A stretch of DNA of 64,000 nucleotides from Cyanophora paradoxa CCMP329 (taxonomy: Eukaryota; Plantae; Glaucophyta), in NCBI GenBank assembly GCA_004431415.1, contig QPMI01000129.1:186001-250000 (forward strand), written 5' to 3'. Numbering within the stretch: position 1 is the first letter of the stretch; each line of letters begins with the position of its first letter. The position numbers were made by a program, and so were the translations under genes. Shown piece by piece: positions 35,410 through 48,478 of this stretch. The notes below the pieces were generated by a model that had not been told where the DNA came from, did not search any database, and saw nothing but the letters and a program-made list of their open reading frames with translations.

Positions 35410-38120
35410 CTAGGCGGAGTTGGGGCGGAGGGGTGAGAGGCCCAGCTCATGATCAAGGGGCGCGCCAGGGATCGAGGCGGAGCTGGCGGCGCTGCCCCTC
35501 TGCCCCCGCTGCCGGCTGTGGGCACGCGGAGCGGCGGCCGCGGATCCATCACGGTGCGGGCGCGGGCGGCGCGGCTTTGGCGGCTCCGGCACGCCGCCGG
35601 CCCCTGCGTAGGGCCCCGGGACGACGGCGGGCAGAGAGCCCCGCCGCCCGCGGGCGTGTGGCGGCCGCGGCCGTGGCGGCAGCTCCCGGGGCGGGGACTC
35701 CGGTCGCGGTGGGGGAGACGAGATTCCCGGCGGAATGTGCATGCCCGGGCCTCCGGGCCCCGGGGAGGGAAGCCGCGCGGCCGCTGCGGCCGGCATCGGC
35801 GCTGGGGCTGCCGCGGCCGGAGGCGCGTGCACTGGGGGCGCCGCGTGCTCGTGGAAGGCCGCTGCGGGGAGCCCGGCATCGTCCGCGAGCGCCGGCGCCG
35901 CCTCCTTGCAGCCGCCTGCCCTCAGGCTGCGGCTGTCAGCGGCAGAAACCAAGGCGGGCGGCACTGCCGCGCGCGGGTCGTGGCGGGGGCGCACGCATTT
36001 CGTGGAGGAGCCCGCCCAGGAGCTGGGGGCACACGAAAAGATGAAGGCGTCGGGGGCGGAAGCCGGGCGGGCGGGCGGGGCAGGGCGGGCAGGGCGGCGC
36101 GGGGCGGGTGGGGCGGGGCAGACCTCGTCGATGACGACGGAGAGGCGCATGGCGAGGCGGCGCAGGTCCACCCGCACGAACGGCTGACGCCGCGGATGAG
36201 CCGAGGCCGCGAAGCCGAGCGCAACGAGCGGCGGGGGCGCACCTGCTCCTCCACGCTCTCGTACGGCTCCTGCGATCTCGCCTATGAGCAAAGAGAGCAC
36301 GAGGAGGGGCGCCGAGCGGGCCGGGGAGCCGGCGCCGGCGCCGGAGGCGCGCCTTGACGCGCTCGGCGACGACGACGACGCCGAGGACCAGGTACGAGTA
36401 CACGAAGCTCGCCCCGAACGTCAGGTACCCTGCCGGCAAAGGGGGGGTACGTCAGGGGTGCCAGGGCGGGCCGGGCGTACCCGCACCCCAGGAGGGCCAC
36501 ATGGCGAGGGGGAAGAAGAGGAGGTAGAGGAAGCTGCAGACGTAGAGGTAGTCTCGGAAGACCCTGCGCGCCGGCGTCGTCATCGGCGAGGGGGGGCTGG
36601 AGGCTCGGGAGCAGGCTGGGGCGGCGCAGCCTCGCACCCCGGGGCGGGGCAGCGGCGGACGGCCGCGATGCGGCCCAGGTGCGCGAAGATCTGGAAGACG
36701 AGATTCTGCGGGGGACGGTCGGCCTGCGGGCGGAGAGACTCGGCGGCGGGGCGGGTGCGGGCGGCGCGCGTGGAGGGCGTTGGCGGCGGATGCCGGGTAG
36801 AGGCCGAAGCGCAGCAGGAGGGCCAGGCGTCTGCGCGCGGGGCGGGGCGGGGCGGGGCGGTCGGCGCTGGAAACGCTGAGGGCGGCGCCGAGCGGCGGGC
36901 CGCTGGATGGCGACGTTGAAGGCGGCGATGGGCTCGAAGCGGAAGGCGGCGAGCTCCTCGCAGAGCGCCTGCGCCCGGCTCAGAGGCGCAAGCGGCGCCT
37001 GGCGAGAGGCCAAGAGGAGGGCCGCACGACGGGGGCGCCGAGGGCGGAGTAGTCGACGGAGCCGTCCCCCGTGAAGCGCTCCAGCGCCGCGTGCGGCAGG
37101 ATCCGCAGCAGGTGGCCCAGGTCGTCCACGATCTGAGAGGGGCAGGCGCTGAGGGGCGCGGGGGCGCCGTGCGCGCGGGCCCGCGGCCAGCGGCGCGCCT
37201 CCTCGGCGGTCGGCGTCCCGTGCGGGTGGTTCGCGAGGGGCAGGTGCTGCAGCGAGCCGCCCTGCGCCGTCGAGCGCTCCGTGAGCCCCGCAAGGTTCCC
37301 CGCCAGCGTCTGCGCGTGCAGCCCCGCCCCCTCAGCGCCGCCGTGCAGGCCCGGCGCGGCGCGGGGGGGGCGCGGGGGCGCCTGCGTCGCGAAGCCCATC
37401 TGCGGCGGCCCCTCGTTTAGCGCTTTGGGACGCATATAGAGACGTAAACAGCGAGCCTCAATGAAACTCTGCACGCCGTGCCTGTAGCGATCCAGGGAGA
37501 AGCTCATCTTCGGGCGGTGAGGCTGGGCACGGCGCGCGGCTCGCGCGGCGGCCCGGGCACCCGCGTTGAGAGAAGGAAAGCTATCACAAATGTTATGCTC
37601 GTGAAGATGTACGGCTGCGCGGGCCGGTGGGCGTCAGGGGATCAGGAGTGCACAGCTGCTGGGCGTCGGCGCCGAGCGCGCTCACGTTGAAGTCGGGCAA
37701 GCCCCCCTCGTGCAGGAGCTCGTAGATGAGGTAGCAGCCCGTCGCAATCTGAATGACTACAGGGCACGCGTTAGGATGCGCGCGCCCAAGCGAGGCGCGC
37801 AAAAGAGCTCAGAGCGCGACCGCAAGCACGCGCAGCGGCCGCGGGCCGACCGAGGAGATCGATAGCGAGCAGCCTGAAGAGTCTCCAGGCGCTCAGCACG
37901 ACATGCTTGAACGAGGTGCCTGCTCGTGAATTATGGATTTCAGTATATATCATGATCAAGCGGCGCCAGATCGGCGAGCGGAGAACCCCAAGGAGGAAGC
38001 GGAGCGATGCCGTAGGGTGCAATGTCTGCAAAAGCATCGGCACGCGCGATTGGCAGAGGCGCTAGCGGCATCTCGAACCTATTACGCCCTCGGCATCGGT
38101 GACCCGGCCGCTGGCGATCA
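35410..38120 (-). CDS. Multi-pass membrane protein, bestrophin/UPF0187-like (tentative)
   Basis: FTSITFVIAFLL..SLDRY; YLLFFPLAMWPSWG|YLTFGASFVYSYLVLGVVVVAER..QPF; ends approximate. Confidence 0.5.
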
Positions 38121-38472
38121 TTGTGCGTACGCGGCCGCGGCGACGAGCGGCGGTGCTTCAAGCCGGAATTCAAGCCGTCGAAACGGGTACCGCACCTTGC
38201 AGCCAGTCGCTGCCAGAGGCAGCAAGAGCGCCTGACCAGAAGTAGCTAGCTTGGCAGCCGACAGCCTGCAACCGGCCAGCAGCGTCGACTTTTCTCTGGC
38301 CCGGGCGGCCCTGACAACTTCGCCAGCACAGCGGCAGAGGAACCTCAGCGCCGAGCACCGTTTGGGTCGCAGCTGCAGACGCCTCCTGCTCGGGCGCTGG
38401 CCGCAGCGGGGCAAGTCCTCAGCGCGGGAATCTGGCGGGAGGCTCTGAGCCGCTGTCTCCCGCCTCGCGGCT

Positions 38473-41400
38473 ATGCGGCGGAATCCCTTCCTGGAGAGGG
38501 ACCGGGATGAGGCGGTGGCCGGCTTCGGGGAAGCGGCCATGCCAAATGTGCCGGCGCGGGAGGCCGTAGAGTCCATCTATCTCGCGCCGCCGCGCGGCAG
38601 GAACAGCCTCCCCTCCAACTCCTACGGCGGGCGGCACTTGCGTGCGCCCCGCCCGCCCGCCTGGCCCGCGCGCCGCTCAAGCTGAATGCGGTGCGGCAGG
38701 CTCCGGGCTGGGATACCAGGGGCCGGCGCCGCGGCGGCGCCCGTCGGGGGCGTCGGCGGTGACGCCGATGAGCGGGGAGGCGGGGGCGGCGTTCGCGCCG
38801 GCGGCGGCGGCGGAGGCGGGCGGCGAGCTGCGGCGGCGGCGGGGGACGCAGCGGATGGTGGAGGCGGACGAGGAGCTGGAGGACGGCGCTGCGTTCTTCA
38901 TCCCGCCGGAGGGGCGGGCGCGGCGGGGCGTCCTCGAGGGCTTCCTCCGCAGCGCCGCCGAGGACGACGAGCTCCTCGACGAGCGCGAGTGCGCGCGCCG
39001 CGCCCGCTTGCTTAGGCAAGACCCGCTCTGGTCCGGTCTGAGGCGGGCGCCGCGCAGCGTGGCCTTCGTGAGGCAGAGCGAGATCGACCTCGAGCGGGCC
39101 AACGGCGCGCCGGGCCGCCCCCCGGGCTCGCCTGAGCTCCCGCGCGGCTGACGGCGGCGGGCGGGGCGCGCAGAGCGGCTGCGCGAGCGGCTGAAAGAGA
39201 TGCGGCGCATCGCGATCGAGTTCCGGGAGCGCAAGCGCGGGGCCGAGGCCTCCTCCCGGACCTTCCAGCGCAAATACGGTGCCCCGCCCCCTTCCGAGAC
39301 GAGGTCGGTCAGGCGAGCCGGCGCGCTGCGCAGAGGAGCTGCAGCGGGAGCGGGAGGAGCTCGAGCAGCGGCTCAAGAGCAGCGAGGCGGCCGCGAACCG
39401 GCTCCTGACGCGCTCGAAGGAGGCGGAGGAGCGGCGGCGCCAGATCGAGCGGCAGCAGCGGCGCCTCGGCTACGAGGACGCCGACGCCGAGGAGGCCGAG
39501 CCCGAGGCCGTCGACGCGAACCTCCCCGCCTGGCGGCGGGCGCTGGAGCGGGGCCGGCTGCTGCTGCGGCGCGTGAAGCGCTGGTGGTTCCTGCACGCGC
39601 CGCTGCTCGAGGACGTGCGGTACATCGAGGCGCGCTACGGGCAGGTGCACGCGCGACGCCTTCCAGGGGGCGGGTGCACCCCGGGCAGCCTCCACTCAAT
39701 CACGCGGGGAGGCAGGGCCTGGGGGTCTACTTCTCGTTCTTCCGCTTCATCGTGTACTCCTCCTCGGCGCTCGCCCTCCTCTGGCTCGCCCTCCAGGCCG
39801 CCCACTGGGCCGACCTCGCCCGCGGCGACGTGCGCCCCCGCCCCCGCCCCCCGGGCTGCGCGAGGCGGCGGGGTGAGGGGGCGGGCAGCTGGGGCCGGGG
39901 GCGACGGCGCTGTCGTCGTTCGTGCCGGTGTGGGCCCTCTACAGCTCCTTCCCCGCCAAGGAGGGCGTCCTCTACGCCGCCACCGTCTTCCTCACCGCCG
40001 CCGTCGTCGGTCCGCCCCGCCCCGCCCCGCCCCGCCCCGCCCCGCCCCGCCGCCTCGGGTGACGCTGGCGGGGCGGGGGCGGCAGTGGCGGCGGCGTTCG
40101 CGCGGCAGGTGCGGGAGAGCCGCTTCAAGCGGGCCTCGGACCTGCACGAGGCCTCCTCCCAGAACTTCAAGCGCGCGCGCCCTCCGCGCCCGCCCGCACC
40201 CCCGCCCCGCCGCCGCTGACGGCCCGGCAGGGTGGCCCGCGTCGGCCTCTCCCTGCTCGAGGTCTCGAGCGACACCGTCGGCGAGTTCGACAACGCGCGC
40301 CAGGCCACCGCCGAGCACTTCCGGCGCCGCCCCAGCCCGCCCCGCCCCGCCCCGCCCGCGCGGGGCCGCTGACCTCGCGGCGCCCGCCTCGCAGGCTGGT
40401 GCTCAACAACTCGCAGCTGGAGGCGCGCATCGCGGCGCGCACCCGCGAGGAGCGCACACGCCTCTTCGCCCGCAAGGTGAGCGCACGCGCGCGCGCACGC
40501 GCCCCGGCCGCCTCGGGTGAGCGGGGGCGGGGCAAGGTGGTGGGGAGCCTGCTGGTGGGGGTCCTCATCCTGCTCGGCTCCGGCCTCGTGCTCCTGCTCA
40601 CCATCTTCAACACGCGCATCACGGCGAGCCTCGCCGCCAGCTCCCTCCCCTCCGGCGTCGCCTCCTTCGTCACCGTCCGCCCCGCCCGCCCCGCCCCGCC
40701 CCGCCCGCCCTCGTCGCTGGGGCCGGGAAGAGCGGGGCGTGGGAGGCAGCCGGTGGTGGTGAACATCGTGAACGCCATCGTCCCCTTCCTCATCGTCCAG
40801 ATCACCAAGTACGAGCAGGCGCGCCCCGCCCCGCCCCGCCCCGCCCCCCCGCCCCCCGGCCCTCTTCCTCTCCAGGGCGCAGTGATGCCGCCGCTCACCC
40901 CCGGCCTCGCTCGGGCGCAGTGGGACCGGCACGAGACGCGGGTGAAGATGCTGCTCATCCGCCTCTTCACCGTCAAAGCCTTCAACATCGTCGTCCAGGC
41001 CCGCCCGCCCGCCCCGCCCGCCCCGCCCCTCCATCCCCTAGAGCCCGGCCTCCTAGCTTGGATGGGCCGGCCCCGGGGCCGCGGGGCCGCCCCCCCCCCC
41101 GCGTGGGCTGAGGCGGGGGCAGGTGCTGACGTACTTCGACGTGCGCTCGGGCAAGTATGTCGTCTCCAGCCAGGCCGAGACCGAGGCCGGAGCCGTGCGC
41201 CCGCCCCGCCCGCCCCCACCCCAACACCAGCGCCTTCGACACGGCCCTCGAGCGCCCCGTGGGAACCCCAACGAAATTCATGCTCTAGTGGCCATGGCGC
41301 CTCGCCGCGCCCCCTAAGCCGACCCCATCGAGGCGCCCCAGGCGCCCCGCCGCGCCCCGCCCCGCCCCGCCACGCCCCGCCGCGCCCCGCCGCGCCCGCC

Positions 41401-42654
41401 GCCGCGCCCGACGCGCTGGCAGGGCTCCTCGGGGGTCTTCTGCCCGGAGGACTTCGTGGGGCAGAAGCTCTTTGTCAACGTCCTCTCCGACTACTTCGTC
41501 AACAGGTCCCCCCCGCCCCCGCCCGCATCGCCCCCGCGGGGCTGCAGCGGGGCGGGGCGGGGCAGGGCGTTCTTCGCGGCGGTGGTGTGGAAGGACCTGC
41601 ACTTCACCCGCGCCCGCGCCGCCTTCTTCGACCTCCCCAACCAGATCACCGACCGCGCGCCCGCGCCCGCGCCCGGCCCCCCTGCGGCCCCCGCTGAAGC
41701 CCGCACCGCAACAGTGCTGATCACGGCGTCGATCTTCTGGGTGGCGGTGCCCTACTTCCCCTACCTCGCCCTCCTCGAGGCGCCCCTCCTCTACGCCGCC
41801 TTCAAGTTCGAGAAGTTCATGCTGCTGCGGTACATGAGCAAGCCGGCGACGCCGTGGAGCGCGTCGGACACGGGCGTCTTCCTCGTCTGGCTCACCGATG
41901 CCTCCGCCGCCATGTCCGTCGCCTGCTTCTACTACTTCCTCTCCCAGGCCCGCCCCGCCAGCGCCCCCGCCCCTGCCGCTGCCGCCCCCCCGCCCCTCGC
42001 CCCTCGCCCACGCCCCTCGTCCCGCTCCCGCGCAGGCAGGGCGGACGAACTGCGGGCCGTTCTTCGCGGTCTCGGCCTACGACGAGCTCTACGCCTGGCT
42101 CGCCGTGCGCCCCGCGCGCGCCAACAGCGGCCCGCAGCCGAGCGCCTCGCCTCGCCCGGCAGGAGCGGTCGGTGTTCTTCGAGGTGGTGCTGGCGGTGCT
42201 GACGCACCCGCTCTTCGTGTGGGGCCTGGCCGTCCTCTTCGCCATCCGCGCCCTTGTCCTGAAGGACTCCATCGAGGTCGTCCAGGTGCCCGCCGGCGGC
42301 CCGGCGCGGGGCTTGAGGCGCGCCCCTCCGCTGAGGCCGGGCGGCGGGGGGCGGGGGGCAGCTGGACTGGGAGGACAAGCAGTACCAGCTGGCCAAGCAG
42401 GTTTCGCTGCTCTCGGCCACCATCCGCCGCCTCCGCACCGAGCTCGACTTCCACCGCAAGCAGGCGAGCCGGCCCGAGCGAGCGCGCGCCCCTCCAGAGC
42501 GGGGCGGCGGGGGCGGGGCCGGGGCTGAGGGCGGGGCGGGCAGGCGCAGGGGCTGGCGGAGGAGGCGGGGGCGCTGGCCTCGGACGAGGACGAGGAGGAG
42601 AGCGCCCTCGGCGAGGACGGCAAGCCCGAGCCCGCCGCCACCATCGCCACCTAG
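38473..42654 (+). CDS. Transmembrane channel-like (TMC family) protein
   Basis: IEARYGQ|GLGVYFSFFRFI, multiple TM helices, YFPYLALL..FKFEKFMLL, NCGPFF. Confidence 0.75.
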
Positions 42655-44464
42655 CCCGCCCCCGCCCCCGCTCCAGCCTCTGCACTCTATGTAGCTATAC
42701 ACCGTGGCACGTTATTGTAGCCTGCACCTGTCGCCGTCAGCGCTAGCAGGCTGCAGGTAGCGCTGCGCATGCGCGTTCGCGCGGGGCCCGGCCGCTGGCC
42801 GCGCCGCACCGTTGGGCTCGCACGCTAGCGCTATGTGCTAGCGGCCCCCACGGGTCGCCACTGACTCGCCCGCTGCAGCGCGCGCGCGCGCGCGCGCTAA
42901 CCGTTGAACGCTCTTGCCAGGCCACTAGTACTGCAGCTGCCGGCTTCGATCCTCAGCATCTGTACCCCTCCAAGACGAGCTCGAGTCTCGAGCCGTCACT
43001 GGCCCGTCAGCGCTGCTCTTCTTGTTGGAAACGGGGTAGGGCCCCCGTTTTCGGTAACTTGCAAAATGACGAGTCTGCTCATCTTCCGATCCAGCTCTGA
43101 GCTCTTAACCAAGTGTTAGTGCATGCATGAGAGCCCGGAATTCGTTGTCAGAACCCGGAAAGAGCGGAATGCTGCGCGGAAAAAAGGACCGGACCCTTTC
43201 CTGGACTATCCCTTGCAGCGCCTGATCCTGTAGTCGCATAGGGGCCGGACCAAGTGCATAAGAAAGCTCTTGCGATGCTCTGCAAAGTTTGTCATACATG
43301 CCAGCGCTCGGGAAGCAGCGCGTGGCGCGCTAGGCCGCATCAAGTACCTGTTGTACCGGATGCCGGAAAAAAGCGCTCCAGAGAGTCTGGAGCCGCATCG
43401 AGACTCGAGCTTTTTGGGTACAGCATTCTGAAGCATTTTTTGCTGGGTACAATGGCACGATTTAGCCGGCAAGCTAGCCGACAGGCTCGCTAGCTGGCCA
43501 GCGCTAGCGTCGCCGGCGGCTAGCGGCTTGCTGGACTTGCAATTGCAATCGGCCGCGGCCGCGCGCGAGCGCCGGCGCCGGCGCGCGCTGGCGCCGGCGC
43601 CGGTCCGGCCCGGCGGCGCCGCGCCGCGGCCGGCCCGGCGGCGCCGCGCGCACCGCGCGCCAGCGCTAGCACTGCGGCAGTCACACTGAGTGCGCGCAGG
43701 CGCCGGCGCCGCAGCGCCGGCAGCTTGCAGTGCGGGCCGGGCGCGCCGCGGGCAGTCACTGAGTGCATGCGCAGCCTGGCAGCCGCCGGGCCGGCGCGGC
43801 GCCATCATACAGGCGCGGCGCTTGCATATGCATATGCATGCGCATGCGCATGCCATGCTAGCGCTGGCCCAGTGCTAGTGGCCCATGCCGCATGCGCGCA
43901 GTGCAAGCTTAAGCGCAGTGCGCATGCGCATGCGCACGCATGCGCAGCTGCAGGCGCCTACCCCGTTTCCAACCGGCGGCCGGCCCAGTCAGAGCCCGAG
44001 CAGAGCTCGAGGCCGCCGGCGTGCTAGTTAGGGTTGGGGCTATAGCTAGCGGCGAACTTGGGGCGGCAGTCACGTCGACCCCCAAGGGCGGCTAACGTTC
44101 GAGGAGCTACGCAGGCTTGTAATCGTGGCGTCTTTGAGGTGCTTTCCCTGCTGGGATCGTTTTAGGAGCGCTCCCCGCATCCGCAGCCGCTGATCGCGCT
44201 TTCCAGCTGGGTTCGGAGGTCCTCCGAGCGAGCACCGCCCTCCAGCTCGCCTCCGATCCGCAGTTGCTCTCAGTCGGCCAGCAGGCGTCGTCATTGCCGG
44301 CTTGTCCAGCAGCCAGAGCCCCGCGCGCCGGCCGATCCCCGGGCCGATTCCCCGTCGATATCGATCCGCGGCCCGCTCACAGCGGCGTGTTTGCAATTGC
44401 GGCCACGCCGTTCTTGCGACGTGCCATTAGGAGAGCACCGTTCATCGTTTGACACAGGAGCACG

Positions 44465-47400
44465 ATGGGAGCAGGGTGTAGCAACGCGAACGCCGGCGTC
44501 CAGGCCCCGCGGCCGCAGCCGCAGAGCGCGCGGCCCGTGGAGAACCGCTTGAACACGCACCGGTACTGGCAGAAGGCAGCCATCGAGAGCAGCGAGTTCC
44601 AGCCGGTGGGGATCGTCGCGCCGGGGGCGTGCCACCCGGAGGCGGACCGGAGCTCGCCGGGGGCCTCGACGCCCGACGGGGACATCATCCAGGTGAAGGA
44701 CGGCCCCGGCCCGCACAGCAAGCGCGACCATGGCGAAGCCGTCGTCATCTCCAGCGACGACCTCGGCGCCAAGCCCTCCCGCAAGTCCTCCTTCCAGAAC
44801 CTCGCCCCCCGCCAGGTGACACCGGCCGCCCCATGCCCGGCCTCGCAACGCCCGTTTAATTTTATTGACGCGTCGGCCGCGGCCCGTCTGTCTGCTCGAC
44901 TGCGCCCGAGCAGAAGACGTTCGTGGGGGCCCCCGCCTTCAAGGTTCGCTCTGCAGCTGCCTCTGAGAACGACATCGGCCCCTGCTGATCATGACCGCCG
45001 CGGCCGCGCAGGAGCCGGAGGCGCCCATCTTCGACCACGGCAAGGGCCTCCACCCGCAGTTCAAGGCGCGCCCCGCGCCCCGCTGGGATGGATATTGGAT
45101 CCGGTGCCCGGTCGCGATCGCATGCAGCTGACGCCGGCGCCGAGCAGGCGCTGACGGAGGACGAGGACTACAAGGCGGCGAGCCCGCTGGACCGCCTGAA
45201 GGCTACCAACTACACCCAGCTCCACGTGCGTCTAGATCTGCGATCGAATCTGCGGCCCCGCGCTCGTCCGGGTGCAGGTCTGCGCTGAGGCGCTGGGGGC
45301 GTGGGGCGGGCAGGCGCAGGCGCACACGTACCTGGACTTCACGGGGGGCGGCCTGGCGTGCCAGTGCCAGCTCAAGCGCCTCTTCGAGTTCCTCCAGGGG
45401 CACGTCCTCGGCAACCCCCACAGGTCCGCCCCGGCCCCGCGCCCGAGCTCGCGAGCTCGGGGGCTCGCGCTTCGAATTCTCGCCCGCTGCGCCGCAGTCC
45501 ACGCCACCGTCTGGCCATCGCTCACGCCGGCCGGGGCCCCCGCAGCATGAACCCCACGTCCAACTTCGCCTCGTCCCTCGAGGCGGACGCCCGCAAGGCC
45601 GTCCGCACCTTCTTCAACGTGCCCCAGGTCCGATTCGACCTCGACTCGCGATCGATATGTCCAAGTCGCAAAGAAAGCGATATCGATCGCGATGCATATG
45701 GCCGATTTTTTTAATTTCGCCGGCAGGACTACGCGGTGATCTTCACGGCGAACGCGTCGGGGGCGCTGCGCATCGTGGGCGAGTGCTACACGTTCGGCCC
45801 CGACGCCCCGTACCTCCTCTCCGCCGACAACCACAACTCCGTCGGCGGCATCCGCGAGGTCCGGATCCGCATCGGTCGCGAGCTCGCCCGATCGCGAGTC
45901 GCGATCGCTTCCGCTGGCGCCGACGTGCGCGCGGCTCTGGCGCGCAGTTCGCGCGGGCGAAGGGCGCGAGCGTCACGTACGTGCCCCTCAACGACGAGCT
46001 CTTCATGGACGAGGACTTCCTCGACGTGCGCCCCATGCCAGTCCCAATCTCCTGTTTGCAATTGCCCGCCCTGGGGCCGCGGGCCGGGGCGAGGGCCGCC
46101 GGGCTCCCCGCCCTCTTCGAATCCGGCTGATCACGATGCCCCCCTCCGTTTGCAGCACGCCCTGCACGAGAAGCCGGCGGGGCAGAGGGGCCTCTTCGCG
46201 TACCCCGCGCAGTCGAACGTGAGCGGGGTGAAGCACCCGCTGGCGTACATCACGGCGGCGCGCGAGGCCGGCTGGGACGTGCTCCTCGACGCCTCCGCCT
46301 TCGTGCCCACCAGCAGCCTCGACGTCTCCAAGTGGCGCCCCGACTTCGTCTGCATGTCCTTCTACAAGGCGAGCCGGCGCGGCCCGCGTTGAATTCGGGA
46401 AGGGCCAGATCTAGATTCGAGCGGGGCTGGCGCCGGCGCAGATGTTCGGTTTTCCGACGGGGATCGGGTGCCTGCTGCTGCGGCACGGGGCGGCGCAGCG
46501 GCTGCGCAAGCCCTACTTCGCCGGCGGCACGGTGGCGCTCGTGACGCAGCAGACGAACTTCCACATCCTCCGCCCCGAGCCCGAGAAGCTCCACGCCGTG
46601 TACGAGGTGAGCGGGGGTCCCGATCGCTCGCGGCGCCAGCGCCGTCTAGATCTCGCGGTCGCCGCTCACGGTGCGGGGCGGCTCGTGGGCAGGACGGGAC
46701 GATCAGCTACCAGATGCTGCCGGGGATCACCATCGGCCTCGAGTTCCTCTCCCACCACCTCCCCTCCGTCAAGCACCGCGTCCGCCCGACTCGCCCCGCA
46801 AAATTAAATTCGCATCGCGCGCGCCGCGAAAACCGCCGCTGACTCGAGCCCGCTCCGGATCCGCCCCCGCTCCCACCCACAGCTCTTCGCGATCATGCGG
46901 CACGTGATGCCGGCGATGGCGGCGCTGCGGCACCCGCGCACGGGGCGGCCGCTGGTGAAGATGTTCGGCCCCGGGCCGGACCCCGACATGGAGGCGCGGC
47001 GGCGCGGGGCGACCATCGTCTTCAACCTCTTCGACGCGGACGGGAGGGGCATCTACTTCGGCCTCGTCGAGCGCCTCGCCGCCGAGCGCGGCATCTCCCT
47101 CCGCACCGGCTGCTTCTGCAACCCCGGTGCTTGAAGCTGGGTTGATCATGAAATACTGTTTCGATCGCGAACATGACCGGCGGCGCCGCAGGCTGCATGG
47201 AGAAGGTGCTGGGGCGGACGAAGGAGGTGCTGCTGGAGCAGGAGCGGCGCTGGGCGCGGATCAAGGAGGCCGGCGACGAGACGGGCGTGTACCACCTGGA
47301 GGAGCTGGCGAGCGGCCTGATCCCGCCCGAGGAGCAGGGCGGCGTGCGCATCTCCTTCGGGATCACGAGCACGGCGATGGACGCCTCGCGCCTCCTCCAC

Positions 47401-47481
47401 TTCCTCGAGGAGTTCCTCGACGAGGCCTTTGTCGCCGAGGAGCGCCGCAAGCTCGCAGAGGGCGGCGCGCCAGCCCACTAG
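44465..47481 (+). CDS. Molybdenum cofactor sulfurase-like PLP enzyme (class V aminotransferase fold, no MOSC domain)
   Basis: YLDFTGGG, GNPH, IFTANASGAL, DNHNSV, AYPAQSNVSG, LLDASAF, SFYK|MFGFPTGIG, LRTGCFCNPG, VRISFG. Confidence 0.88.
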
Positions 47482-48478
47482 GCCATGGCCATGGCCAGCT
47501 GCAGGCTGTACATGGAGCCGGGGCCTCCCCACTGACTTCGATTTCGAATTCGAGTTCCAGCCTTAAGCTTGCAATGCGCAGCCGCAGCTCGTTTGTAATT
47601 AATTTCCGCCGCCCCGTTCAAATCCGTCCTAGCTTGGCACATCGGTATCGCAACCCGTAGTTCAGTGTGCGCATGCTTGCAGTTGTCGAGTCTATGTACA
47701 TCATATGGATACTTGTGCACAAGAAGATGGGCACTCGCCGATGGCTCGAACTCATGATCGATATCACCTGCAGCTGTACATGATCACGACTCGGCGAGTC
47801 GGCAACGCATTCGAATATTTCGCAAATATAGATAAATATGAATATAAAGAGATAAATATGCCATCGATTTCGGGGTTCATGTTAGAGTGATCATGATGCG
47901 AAAAACACTCTGTGTACGTGACTAATACTGTGACAGCATTCCAGGCAATACTCAGTGACTCTTAAGCTTTACTCTTAAGCAACTGTAACGCCAGATGACC
48001 CCCAAAATACGTCACTTCCTATGTCACTCCCAAATACGAATACGTATATGGCCATGGTAGAAAAACGCTGCGGGGAATCATTGAATGGCCGTATGGAATA
48101 CAGGGCCCCGATGCCTATGGAATACAGGGCGCGCTCACACTCACACTGCAGCTGACTATAACTAGATCTGAATTCGAACTATAGACGCTAAAAGCCACAT
48201 GTACAAACGCGTGACTAAGTCAACGTTGCACGGTGTGTTACGAAGTTACTAAGTTATGAAAGAGAAACGCGAATTCGAAACGAAAGGGCGGGATCGCGAC
48301 GTGGAAATGGAAATTTGTATACTGAATGCTAGATATCAAATACGATCAAAAATGTGAAACTGACAGGACGCACTGCACTGTACAGAGCCGAAACAGAAAA
48401 TTCAGCGCGCGCAAATGTACATGTACAAAGCCTGCAAATTAGCTCGGCTATAGCTACAAACGACTTACACACTGAAAA

